DNA of 63,048 nt, filler included, from Rhabdomonas costata (Eukaryota): NCBI GenBank assembly GCA_019059605.1. It is 31 parts of 31 records of this genome, joined end to end, with 100 filler letters (N's around TTAATTAATTAA, not from the genome) between each part and the next. Parts side by side here need not be neighbours in the genome. Positions count along the whole stretch, not along the records: positions 48,902 to 50,837 come from JAHMHO010007203.1; positions 50,938 to 52,873 come from JAHMHO010007204.1; positions 52,974 to 54,909 come from JAHMHO010007205.1; positions 55,010 to 56,945 come from JAHMHO010007206.1; positions 57,046 to 58,981 come from JAHMHO010007207.1; positions 59,082 to 61,014 come from JAHMHO010007208.1; positions 61,115 to 63,048 come from JAHMHO010007209.1; 24 more parts are not named here. The stretch is one strand, 5' to 3'. The notes beneath the pieces were generated by a model. The model saw nothing but the letters and a program-made list of their open reading frames with translations. It searched no databases and had not been told where the DNA came from. Position 1 is the first letter of the stretch. Each line of letters opens with the position of its first letter. A program made the position numbers and the translations under genes. Below are positions 50,195 to 61,490 of the stretch, one piece after another.

Positions 50195-50825
50195 GATTTG
50201 GTTCCGGATGGCTTCGAGAAGCACTTTGACGAGTCCTTCTTGGCATCCGTGAGGCACATCGACTACGCGAATGCCGAGGACCGGGACAAGGAAGAAGGGG
50301 GGTCCCGGGGATTTTACGAGGCGACATGCAATCCCGACATGCCTCCGCACGTGAAGCGGAGAATCAACCACCAACTGGCCTGGCACGTGCGCCAAATCCA
50401 CAGGTTAGCTTTCGAGCTCACGTGCAGACACACAACTCATGCACCTCCACACACACCCGCTGCATTTGCGCTCGGCTTTCTTACTGTCTACCCGTCCCAA
50501 AAACGTCATTTCTTCTTTCACGCGTAATTTTGGAACAAGCTGAGCGGAGTGCCAGTACCGAGCCACAGGTTGGGTTTGGAGTTTGCCAGGTTTTTCTCAC
50601 ATCTCATGTTGGTAGATGGAGTTGTGATTGACTCGTTTTACGGTGGCAGCGTTCGCTTTTTTTATATGCTTGTGACCTTGTAGGCTTCTCCGAGAGCGTG
50701 GCTGCTGGGCGTCCTTCCCGCCGCAGCTGACGCGGCAGCAGGTGGAGGAGGGAGAGGCGCCCCCTCAAAACTGGACCCAGTGCTGGAGGACCTACCAGGG
50801 GTTCAGCGACGCAACCTGGACAATG
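50195..50825 (+). CDS. Unknown protein, two exons
   Basis: ..DLVPDGFEKHFDESFLASVRHIDY..HQLAWHVRQIHR (donor ~50404) joins at phase 2 to exon ~50684-50825 LLRERGCWASFPPQ..NWTQCWRTYQGFSDATWTM|GT. The 5' boundary is approximate. Confidence 0.5.
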
Positions 50826-50944
50826 GTACCCACCAACNNNNNNNNNNNNNNNNNNNNNNNNNNNNNNNNNNNNNNNNNNNNTTAATTAATTAANNNNNNN
50901 NNNNNNNNNNNNNNNNNNNNNNNNNNNNNNNNNNNNNGTGGGTT

Positions 50945-51078
50945 GGGCCTAAATTTAAGTTTCCGTTTTTAATGTTTCCGCTATTTAAGTAGTAGGATTA
51001 CTACTACTACTACTACTACTACTAATCCTACTACTTAAATAGCGGAAACATTAAAAACGGAACCTTAAATTTAGGCCC
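50945..51078. repeat. 56-bp inverted repeat (1 mismatch) enclosing a (CTA)7 loop
   Basis: Arm 50945-51000 is the reverse complement of 51023-51078; the loop is 51001-51022. Confidence 0.95.
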
Positions 51079-52612
51079 TTCGCCCTTAAACGCAGCCATA
51101 TGCCTTCAAGAGGAAATTTTGAAACTCTATAAAAAAGGCCCATGCAGAATTGTGGACCCGCGGTTCTGAAGGAGGTCTCGCAAGACGTTTGGGGAACAGA
51201 AAACATGTAGAGGGGATCCAAGGGGCGACTTTCCCAGGCTAGGATCATGTTAGGATCAAGGTTTAAGACTATTGTTGAATTACACGACAAGGCCTTCTGA
51301 CCGGGACCTGATGAACTATCAATTCCTGGCGCACGCAGCCTTAAGCGCTGATCTACTTTTTACACCGCGGAAGCTTGTGCATACGATCACATCTCCACTA
51401 AATTTGGCTATTCTCATGCTTATTTTGATCCCATCTCTGGTGAGTTTGTGAGTTTGTGCGGGAAGCCGTACACACCAAAACTTTCGATGGTTGGGTTGGC
51501 GGCTACAGACATGGTGGAATTCTCGTGGTGGAATCCAAGAATAACCTCCTTTTTGAGAACCTCAAGTAGTTCCAATGGCGTTCTAACCTCCGTTGTGGTG
51601 ATCCTTGGGTGTCTTCGTTTGGCTACATTCGTGCTGGACACTTTCCGTTTTGATTCGGTATACGTACTTTCTGTGGGTCCACAATTCCACATATGCCATA
51701 TAAAATTCTCTTCAGATGCAAAGTGGTCAAACTCTTGTGGCGTTCCCAATCCACTAGGTATGCGTACACCACATGACTACATTTTGTCCATTTTATTATT
51801 AAATATGTAATCTCGGGCGCTGGCTCGAACATCACATACGTTTCATGAATAACATGAGTACATCCAAGACGTAAAAATTAAAGACTCTTACTGTTTAAAG
51901 TCTCCAATAAATTGCAAAATACACTGTACAAAAACCAAGACATGAGTGGGTTTAAGCAATGATGCTTTTTAATGGCGTTTTTATAAAAGCTATCATTTGG
52001 CAATTAAAAAGCACCAAAAACAATGAAAGCAACAAGTAATGTTGGATTTTGAATCAACTCCTATAAGAAGCGCGTAGTGATGCCTGTGCTGTTTACTGTA
52101 AAATCACATCAAACAATTATTAGAACTCATTTGTAGACATAGATGATTGCGCTGAGACATTTGACTCACAACGCCAGCGCAAATGTGCACAGACTTCCAG
52201 TTATCAATAGGCACTTTTCACTCCCAAATTGTTTTAGGTATTTTAGATTATTCGTGTAGAACATCGACAATTATTTTTTGGCACCAAAATAGGTTTTTGC
52301 CCTACGAGAACTTTTCTCATCTACACATGTGTTTAAAGTAAATTTGTTTGACGATTTAAACAGTCAAAATTGAGACGGTACAAATTAACAGTGTTGTAAC
52401 ACTAGTGTTGTGTTACATGGTTAGCACTGACTTCATGCTCCATCCTGGTATGGTGTGTTGAGTGATGTGGTTTGTAGCGTCAGATGGTGTCACGTTTTCG
52501 TTCAGTCACACCTTGCGCTTGTAATTCGCTCATCACTCAAGCAACATTCAACGTCACCGCCATCGTTGGTCATCACCAACAGGTGGGTTGAGATGTCATG
52601 TGCCAATGCTGC

Positions 52613-52710
52613 ATGTACACGATGTACGTGTACATTGTACACATTGTACACATTGTAAATTGTACATTGTACATTGTACATCGTACATTGCACTTGTACA
52701 TGTACATTAC
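52613..52710. repeat. Degenerate (TGTACA[CA]T)n minisatellite
   Basis: About 12 variants of the palindromic TGTACA core. Confidence 0.85.
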
Positions 52711-52973
52711 ATTGTGTGTAAATAGCAGCCTCAACTCCACAGGTTGGATGTTTGGCCAATCCATAACGTCGCTGTTGTGCACCTGTAGGTCACTCCACAT
52801 TATTGTGGTTTTTTAACAGCGTACCATTTGTTTGGGTTGGATAATGCCGTGTTGATTAGGTTTACAACACACANNNNNNNNNNNNNNNNNNNNNNNNNNN
52901 NNNNNNNNNNNNNNNNNTTAATTAATTAANNNNNNNNNNNNNNNNNNNNNNNNNNNNNNNNNNNNNNNNNNNN

Positions 52974-53400
52974 GGTCTCCAAGCCTTTCAGGTCTCCTCC
53001 TGACTCGGGGCCCCTGCAGCTTGGTCGGTGTATCAGCTTGTCCGCGTCGTCCCCGGTGACTTCGCAGCTGACGGGTGTAGGTAGCTCAATGGGCTCGTTC
53101 CTTTTGGGGAAGAGGGCCTGGATCTTGTCCAGATTCCGGCGGACGTCGACGGTCCCGCGGGAGCAAAGCATTCTGCATCCCCTACTAGGACGGCCTTGGT
53201 TCACCCACTGCGCTACCTTCCACAGTCCTAGGAAGTCCCCTGCCTGCCATCGGAGAAACCGCTTGCGCAGGAGGCGGTCCACGGCGCTTGTCTTGGCATG
53301 CCCTCCACGGACTGGAGCGGCGAGTAAACGCTTCGAGGTAAGGTAGAGACGACTGAGGTTGGGGCAGCGTGCCGGTGTGGTCGTGAAGGCGCCCAATCGT
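52974..53400 (-). mobile_element. Decayed non-LTR retrotransposon fragment, CRE-like pre-RT region
   Basis: KRLLAAPVRGG..RKRFLRWQAGDFLGLW..QGRPSRGCRMLCSRG..LDKIQALFPKR..RGPE resembles the RxxxWxxGDxxxLW / GxxSxAxRxL / LxxLHP / AxGPxG block upstream of CRE-clade RT. Confidence 0.6.
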
Positions 53401-53632
53401 CCAGTAGTGGGTCCAGGGATGGAGGGCGAGCACCAAACAAAACGTAAACTGAACAATGTGCTGCAGAAAAGGGTCGAAAACATCAGTTTCCTTCGGAAAC
53501 TGTCGTTGACCTATGCCCCATTCCTGGCCATCGTTTTTGGTGTGTGAGAGAATTGTGAGCATTGGCAATAATGATCTCCACCGCCCGTAACCGTCAACTG
53601 CTTGCGATTGTGGAACCCCAAACACACGGCAG

Positions 53633-53748
53633 GATGCGCTTGCGGAGAAGGAGCGGCTGACCGAGGAGACGGCGCGCCTGGAGAAGGCTGTGCAGGAGGT
53701 GCTGCGAGCCTCTCCTTCAGAACAGCTGCAGAAGGCCCTCGAGGACAG
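53633..53748 (+). CDS. Coiled-coil exon of an unknown protein
   Basis: CAG|DALAEKERLTEETARLEKAVQEVLRASPSEQLQKALEDR|GT. Confidence 0.55.
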
Positions 53749-55024
53749 GTGCGCGCACCCATGCACACGCACACACATTTACACACGCACACGCCACGGA
53801 CCGGGTCCGGTCCCAAACGGTAGTTTCAACCATCTTGACAAGCAGCGGGTACGCATCCACCATGCCCCATGCCAGCTGTATGTGTGTAGTTGAAGAGGTG
53901 TGAGGTGAAGAGAGGTTTCCCGAGACCCAATAACCTCCGCCCAGCTGCAGAGGGGCGATCTGCACCCCAAGAAAGACCTCCACCGCAGCAATGCCTTGTG
54001 CCCGCGATTTGTGTGTGGCAGCGAGGCGCGAGGCGGGTGAAGTATGACAGGCCCGTGCCCCATCGAGCCACCGAGGCCAGCTGAAAGAAAGTTGGAAAAT
54101 CGCGTCTTCCACAGAAAAGCTTGCCCTCGTGCACAATGTGTGTGTGTGATCAAATGCTTGAGTCTATGCGAAGAGAAGATGCAAGACCCAAGAGAAGGGT
54201 GACAGTGACCCCCCAGTATGAAGCAGCGTGAATGAAGCTCAGGCAGATCGGGAGAGAAATGAGGTCCAGATGGCATCAGGGACCAGGAAAGTGGGTCCAA
54301 AGTTGGTGTGGGATTGAGGACCCAAGCCTGCAAGCGCAGTTGGGTCTAAGGGGCAGTGTGCGCTCGTATATGTGTCTGCATGGGGACGCGAGTAAGAGTG
54401 TGACTGTGAGCTATGGGCGGATTCCCCCAAGGGAAGCACGGTTCAAGAGGCAGTGTACGAGCGTGTAAGGTTGGGTACCCACAAGAAAAAGATCTCTTAA
54501 CGCACCAATAGGGGTTCCCAAGACTCCGCGTGGGGTAACCCAACCCCCCGTGACAATGAGAGCAAGAGTGAGAGGCCCTATGGGCCCATGCCCCATCAAA
54601 AGTTGGGTGCCCACGGGGGAAGTGGACCTCGAGTCCTCCCCAGAAAAAATCACCCTGGCAAGTGAACCAAGTGTGTGTGTGTGGGGGGGGTCCCCAACCG
54701 GGCACCTGCTGGCCCCCATGTTCCACAGGGGTCTGCGTCAGGCAACTTGTGTCCCCATGCCCGATGATCCACAGAGGAAGGTCCGAGTGGGGCCAGAGTT
54801 GCCTCAGCCTGACGCCTAATTGAGACCAGCGTACCAGAACGTGATATGAATTCGAGCCGACTTCGATACCTGACAGTGTTCTCCCCACACACCCAACCAC
54901 ACCCAACACNNNNNNNNNNNNNNNNNNNNNNNNNNNNNNNNNNNNNNNNNNNNTTAATTAATTAANNNNNNNNNNNNNNNNNNNNNNNNNNNNNNNNNNN
55001 NNNNNNNNNGGGGTTTGGGCCCAG

Positions 55025-55854
55025 GCCCAGGAGAAGCAGTACACCTGCTACGCCCAGAGTCGCTCTGATGGCACAGCTGGAGTACTCTTCACTGACTCGG
55101 TGTGGTTCCATTCAGTACACGCAGCTGATAAAATGCGTTCTTGAAACCTTTTAAAAGAATGGAGAAGAGGGAGGAAATTCTGCCTCCGCAAGCGGACCCA
55201 AGTGGACTTCCTCATTGCTCCTGGTTAGTTTTGAGCGCATTGGAATTGGAATTGAGTCATGAAGACATGCACTCACTTTTAGTTGGTGACATAGTGGAGC
55301 AGCCGCTTGTGTTTTGATAACAGTCCGACTGGTGCTCATGAAGAAAGAACCTCCAAAAGATTAAAATAACACCTCCAGCTAGCCCTCTGATTTCGCACAC
55401 GGAGCCTAGAGGCGCTCCAACTGTGCTCGAGCCAAACTCTCATCACCCAGAGCAGTTTGAAACCTGTGTGCTCTTCCGTTCAAATTTAATTATGTTTAAT
55501 CACCGCCACACCGCATCCCATGTGGTCGACTCCGCTTCTTTCCAGTTGCTCTTTGGGCATTCATTTTAACAACCAACACAGGAATATCCTTCCCGGGTGG
55601 CCGCGGGGTGCCTGTCCTCGACTCTCGGCGACTTTGTCCAGGCCCACAAACGTCAGCTCGAAGCGCCAGGTCTCACGGATAAGTGCATCCCTTCCCCGGA
55701 GCTGGCACACGCCTTGACAAAGTACCAGGACCCCACCGAAGCAGACAAGCTTCTGAAGGTACAGAAGGAGATTGAGGAGACCAAGGGGATGGTCAATGAT
55801 GCCGTGGGAAAGTTCATGAAGGGGGTGGATAAGCTGGACAAGCTTTTTAGCTGA
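55025..55854 (+). CDS. YKT6: Ykt6-like longin protein, last two exons, C-terminally truncated
   Basis: Exon 55025-55099 AQEKQYTCYAQSRSDGTAGVLFTDS plus exon 55582-55854 EYPSRVA..ALTKYQDPTEADKLLKVQKEIEETKGMVNDAVGKFMKGVDKLDKLFS*. EYPxRVA and YQDPxEAD are Ykt6 hallmarks. Confidence 0.82.
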
Positions 55855-56480
55855 GTGGGGGGAACGGAGAGTTCTGCGGAAAGCGTTTCCACAGGGCTCC
55901 TCGGTCAACCCGAACAGAGCAGGGATGAGGCTGGGGAAGGGTCAGGGCGGGTCCACCGTGATGAGCGACGGCTGTTGTGCTGTACAGCTTGTGCAAAACC
56001 TTGCGTTTCCTTGTTGTACTATACAGGATTTTCATATGCACCTGGGTTCACTGGCAGGTGTCCACCTCCCAGTGTCACTGTGTCCTGGCGTTGCCTGCCT
56101 TTTGTTGCTGGTTTACTGCGGATTGCAATTGCAGCCGATTTCAGCGGTTTGCCACTGTTCAACTAGTCTTCACTAGCATTAGCATCGAGAGGGTTTCTGG
56201 TGTCTAAATGATGTGATTCGTCGTCGTGGGTCTTTTTGGTCTTACCGGCGCACGCTGTAAATGTGAGGGAATGGCGAAGTCCGAAATAGTTGGATTTGGA
56301 AACTGAAGCCGCAGTTGTATAGGCCCGGATGGGGGGGGGATCGGTAACCAGTGGTAACAGCCTTAAACTTTTGCTAACTTGGGTATAAAAAAGCGGCCTG
56401 GTTCATTTTTGTGTTTGGGAGTTAGTCAAATTTTGCCAGCTCCTAGATGATTATTTTTGCTCAGCAGCTGAAAACTACTG

Positions 56481-56825
56481 ATGGATAAGGACTCGCCAAT
56501 CACTGGGATGCCGGACGAGGAGGGCAACATTAGTTTTAGTTTTCGGGCGAAGGCCAGCTGCGCGGCCGCCGGAGCGGTGGGCTGGGGCGGGGACGTGACT
56601 TGGGGGACCTTTATCGACATTTTTAAAACATGCTCCCAGAGAAAAGATTCTTACCACTGGTAACCGTTACCCCCCACCGCCATCCGAAGCAGCAGCAGAG
56701 AGAACAAAAGATGCACTTTGTCTATTGGTATGCACAGGGCCGCCTTTCCTTACGCAGTGATCCTTGGAACGGTGGTCTGCCTGAAGACTGCGTTATGTAT
56801 TACTGGGATTTGGTTGTCGTTGTGA
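56481..56825 (+). CDS. Possible small membrane protein, 2 exons
   Basis: MDKDSPITGMPDEEGNISF..KDSYHW (TG|GT at ~56659) joins exon ~56738 AAFPYAVILGTVVCLKTALCITGIWLSL*. Confidence 0.3.
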
Positions 56826-58613
56826 CTACGCTATTGCTTTGTGCATGAAACGTCACTGTTTTTTTCAATGCAATCCCTTTTGGCCAGGTGCGTGCGGTGT
56901 GGTTGTTGTCTCTTCTGAGGCTTTCTTGTGCCTATCCGATTTCCCNNNNNNNNNNNNNNNNNNNNNNNNNNNNNNNNNNNNNNNNNNNNTTAATTAATTA
57001 ANNNNNNNNNNNNNNNNNNNNNNNNNNNNNNNNNNNNNNNNNNNNTTGTGTGTTTTTAGCAGCACACGTTGATTGAAATGACTTGGCAGCACTGGTTTTT
57101 GAGAAAGGGATGACCTTCGAATGCATATGGGCGGTTTGGAACAAAATTCATGCCCATACATTTTCTCAAAAATTGATACAAAAGGCTGTGGTCAACAAGA
57201 CAACCAGCAGTTTGCACCGATGGAATTGGAGAATACAGAAAAGCGTGTGCGCTAGACAATATACAGCAACACAACCGTTCAACCGCAAAAACAGTCTAAT
57301 TCTGTCCCATACTCTGCTGTTTCACATAAAACAGAGATGTTACCAAAATTAATGCTTGTTTACCAGCGGACTCTTCAGAAAAACAGCAGAAAAACAGAAC
57401 AGTTTGCCCTCTTTGACGAAGTACTGAGTCTAAAAGGCCTCCGACAAGCCGTGAAATGGGGTTTAACCGATAGCAAACTCATACTTGATTCGATTCGTTC
57501 ATATATTTTTGGTCCCATGAGTGCACATGATGACGTTTTAGAAATCAGTTGACCGTAATATTACTTTTGGAAAAGGGGCTTGTTTGGACTGTCCAGAGCC
57601 TGTACACGCTACGCCGCACACACTCTGAGGTGGGAATCGGCAGGCCTCTGGCTTGATTCATAAAGGCAATCGATCCGAAATGCCGTCCGTGTTGCAGAGA
57701 GATGCCAGCTGCAAGTGAGGTCGTAAGCGAAGGTCAGACTGACCATTTCCAGATGTGCTCCTTTTCCTTCGATTGTCATTGTAGTTTCTTCTGAGAGCCA
57801 CTCGGGCTCAAATGAGAACATTGCTGCCACCTCCCTGGCCTCATCCGCACCAAAAGTGTGATTTTTCGTGATGATATGAAACGTGCTGTGCGCCGCTCGC
57901 TGGGAATGCGCACACACGTTTTGGCCCACAGGAAACGATTACGTTCACCGTGGAGGCGCTGGGCATTGCCAAGGAGGAGATGGCTCAGCAATCAAGCATC
58001 ACCCCCCCCCCCACACACACACGCTCACACACTGATTCAGTTAGTGCACAGCGGGCGATGGAAGCAAGCTATCGAACACTGGTCTTGCCAGGCATTGCGC
58101 GTTGCGAACACGTACTCCCTTCTGCTGTGCTGGGGTTTCCCTGGGTGGGATTTTCAAATGAGTTGACCGCATTGTTACTTTTGCAAAAGGGGCTGCTTTG
58201 ATCTGTGATGTGGAGCCAACAGCAGGACTGTCGTGAGAATCCCTTGCATTGTTGGCTCTGTGCTAGCACTCGCATATATCAGTGGACGTAATGGACAGAT
58301 TACCGGCACTTTATTGACACCTTTTGCCCCCAGGTGCCTTGACGCCGTTGAGCAGTGAAACAGTGCTTTGGTGCCCAACAGCACTGCTTCTCTGTGCTTG
58401 CGTTCTGCCCTCCTTCTGGGACAACGGCATTTGCGTGGCCCATATCCCTATCTTGTTTGGGCCTGTGTTCCTGTCAGACTAGCTGTACTCTTCCGATTCC
58501 AAATGTCCCACAGTGTTCACTTTTTGTCCTCGACGATTGTTAGATTGTGGTTTCCCTCCACCTCCCCAAAAGACCTTCAGCACAACACAGTGCGCCGTTA
58601 TTTATATTGCAAG

Positions 58614-58811
58614 ATGTCCCAAGAGATCAACGCTGCCCTCAGTGTGCTAGGGTTGGCGGTGGTGGGTGCAGGGGGCCTGCTTGCGCACACCCTTCTTTTG
58701 TTATACCGCCGTGATCGGCCCGTTGCTGTGCGTCGAAGAACTCGTCGCGCCCTTAATGACTCCATTCCTCCCCGTGGAAAGACCGCGTTTGACCTCACCG
58801 AATGCGCACGG
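58614..58811 (+). CDS. First exon of a signal-anchored protein
   Basis: MSQEINAALSVLGLAVVGAGGLLAHTLLLLYRRDRP..ECAR|GT: an N-terminal hydrophobic span followed by basic residues. Confidence 0.5.
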
Positions 58812-59673
58812 GTGTGGCTCCCTCTGCTGCGCATTGATGCGGCATATTTCCTTCCTTTCTCAATGTCTTTTTCACACCCTTTGTTCATTCGCTCGCCCTT
58901 CTCATGCAAGTGAACCGCACCCCTATCCAACCCCACGTCCTTTCCTTATCTCCTTATCTCTCATTTTTTCACCCCCCACACNNNNNNNNNNNNNNNNNNN
59001 NNNNNNNNNNNNNNNNNNNNNNNNNTTAATTAATTAANNNNNNNNNNNNNNNNNNNNNNNNNNNNNNNNNNNNNNNNNNNNTTCAGCTGTTGTGTGAGCA
59101 GGACCCGAATACATTTCCTCTGGAAGAACTCTGTGTTCAGTGTTCATCGGACTGGGTTGGAGACTTGCCGGTGTTGCTGTGCGTCTCCTGCTGCTCTCTT
59201 TCGGTTGGACCTCGCACGCATCTTCGCCTTTTTCCCTGCATCACCCCATAACTCCCGGCGAGACCTCACCCAGGGGCACGTGCATTGCCCCTTAACCCCC
59301 TGCAAGGCCACACACTCTCGTCTTGAGGCACGTGCATCGCCCCCTTTTATATACATTGTGCATCATATTTATGTTTTCGGGCTAAAAGTGGTATAAAGAA
59401 CACTGTTGTGCTACCTAGCAGCTCAAAGGGCCTTTTTCCCCTTACATTTTGCGTTTTGCTTGAATATTTCATTTCGAAATGACGCGGCGCATGAAATCGG
59501 ACATCCCCTTGCTCGCTTTCGGATAGTATTCTTGCCAGGAGACGACACGAATCTCAAATCCGGTGTTCCATTTTTTGGCATTCCTTGGATTGTGGAGGTC
59601 TATCCGAGCTTCAATTTTCGAAAGGAATACAGCGCGGATTGATTTTTCTTGATTTCCTTTCCGTTACTCACAG

Positions 59674-60357
59674 GAGGGCAGTATCGATCGCACGGGCAGA
59701 TGTCGACCGGAGCTTGCAGAGCTTGTGGAGCAGGCTGCGTTGCGGTTTCCCTCACTGTGCGCACTTGATATTGACATTCCGTCGTCATTCGCTGGTCCCC
59801 TCTTGGCGAATCATGGAAGGGTCGCTTCCTGCCTTTTGAGGCTGAGGCTGCACTTTATCTTTCCTGGATGGGAATTTTTCGGCTCACCGTCTCACCTGGG
59901 GCTGCCTTGCGCCCTTCTTGCACTTGATCTGTCTCAATTCGCTCAGCTACAGGCGCTGAAATTGGAAATTTTGGTCCAGGTGGTGGAAATGAAGCAGCAG
60001 GAGCTTTTCTCATGGCTTCTGCGTTGGGTTCCTAGATGCTGTCCTTCCTCCTTGAGAAGCTTGTCTGTTATTTTTCACTCCTTTTTTGTTTCGGATACTC
60101 CAGATTTGCACGCACGTGAATCTGCACTGGCCGTGGAGCTTTGCGATGAATTCCCGAGCCTCCGCCAGGCCTGCGTTCGCTTTGTCGGTGAGCCGTTGGA
60201 TTGCCCATGTCCTCCCAGCGAAGACGAATCTGACGGTAAGGGAGCGTCATCGATGCATGCGGGCTTGAGGAGCATCGCGCGGGGTCGCAGCCATGCAGAG
60301 GGACGTCGGGACAGCGCACAGCCGAGGAAGAGAAAGAAGATCCTGAGATCCGAGTGA
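59674..60357 (+). CDS. Terminal exon with LRR-like (F-box/LRR-type) repeats and a basic NLS-like tail
   Basis: 228-codon frame after TCACAG with FPSLCALDI, QLQALKLEI, SSLRSLSV and FPSLRQACV; it ends ..PRKRKKILRSE*. Confidence 0.5.
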   Translation, partial: EGSIDRTGRCRPELAELVEQAALRFPSLCALDIDIPSSFAGPLLANHGRVASCLLRLRLHFIFPGWEFFGSPSHLGLPCALLALDLSQFAQLQALKLEILVQVVEMKQQELFSWLLRWVPRCCPSSLRSLSVIFHSFFVSDTPDLHARESALAVELCDEFPSLRQACVRFVGEPLDCPCPPSEDESDGKGASSMHAGLRSIARGRSHAEGRRDSAQPRKRKKILRSE

Positions 60358-61288
60358 CTCTGATCAGGCGAAATCGATCACACGACTGCAAACTTTTGCC
60401 ACATCCCTGTCTCTGGATTTTTTTGTTTGACTTATGGACTTAGGGAGCAAACATCTTAGCTGTGTGCAGCTGTGTATGCAGCGTCATTTTGTTTTGATCC
60501 GATATTCAAGCTATGTCATGCATGAACTCTGCGCATTTTCTTTCGTGCAAGACTGGGGTCAATATCTCGTCTTTGTCCCACGTTTTTTCACCGTTCACAT
60601 ACAGCTTGCGGCGACGATACAAGGACCTTATTAACAAAGGTTTAGAAATTTGGGCAGGATGGAAATGGATTATTGGACAAGAAACGGATACCAGAAGTGA
60701 AAATCTCGCCTATGCAGCCAGTATGCAAATGTAGGAAGGGAGAGGAAAGCAGGTATTGTGTTGGTTGATGTCAGGAATGAGGCGAAATGAGGCACTGTTA
60801 TCGGTCTTGAATGTTACATTCCTTTGATTGTGTTTTTTCTTCGCTGTCATCGCCAGAGCAGAAAGTGACTCTCTGTGTGAACGATGTCATGCAGGCCTGC
60901 TATTGAGTGTGAGGGTATCCCACTTTCTGCACTACGCATGGTCTGCGACGGAAACTTCAAGAATTCCGAAGAAGGTCCATGGTGTATTCTGCGTCGTTCT
61001 GTCACCCAAAACCCNNNNNNNNNNNNNNNNNNNNNNNNNNNNNNNNNNNNNNNNNNNNTTAATTAATTAANNNNNNNNNNNNNNNNNNNNNNNNNNNNNN
61101 NNNNNNNNNNNNNNGGTGGGGTTGGCAGCTACATTTGAACAAAGCTAGAGATAAAACATAGTCATGGTGCCACCAAGACAGTTTCACAGGAAATATGGCA
61201 GAAAACACGGCGACACTTTTTAGAAGGCGATGCACAATTTCGGTCAGGTATTCGAATGAAAAGTTGGTCCGGACGCCAGCACCCAACC

Positions 61289-61315
61289 AACCCTAACCTA
61301 ACCCTAACCCTAACC
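61289..61315 (-). repeat. Interstitial telomere-like (CCCTAA)n tract
   Basis: AACCCTAACCTAACCCTAACCCTAACC. Confidence 0.7.
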
Positions 61316-61359
61316 TACGGCCGCCAAACAAGAGCAAGCGTAAGGAAGCCAGTGCACAC

Positions 61360-61490
61360 CTCGGGAGACGGATTTCCGGGCTGCCTCCAGCTTCTGGCTC
61401 CTCACCTTGACCTCTGCTTTCAGCGCGAGAGTCTCCACCAGAAGCTCATTACGGCGGCGAAGCTGCTCACGAAATCTTTTCAGATCAGAA
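61360..61490 (-). CDS. Coiled-coil exon of an unknown protein
   Basis: SDLKRFREQLRRRNELLVETLALKAEVKVRSQKLEAARKSVSR G|GT. The 5' boundary is approximate. Confidence 0.4.

Noticed and set aside
51623..51835. SWIM zinc finger / MULE transposase remnant (KCSHVVYA)
   Set aside because: The upstream CxC is absent; a single short motif is insufficient.
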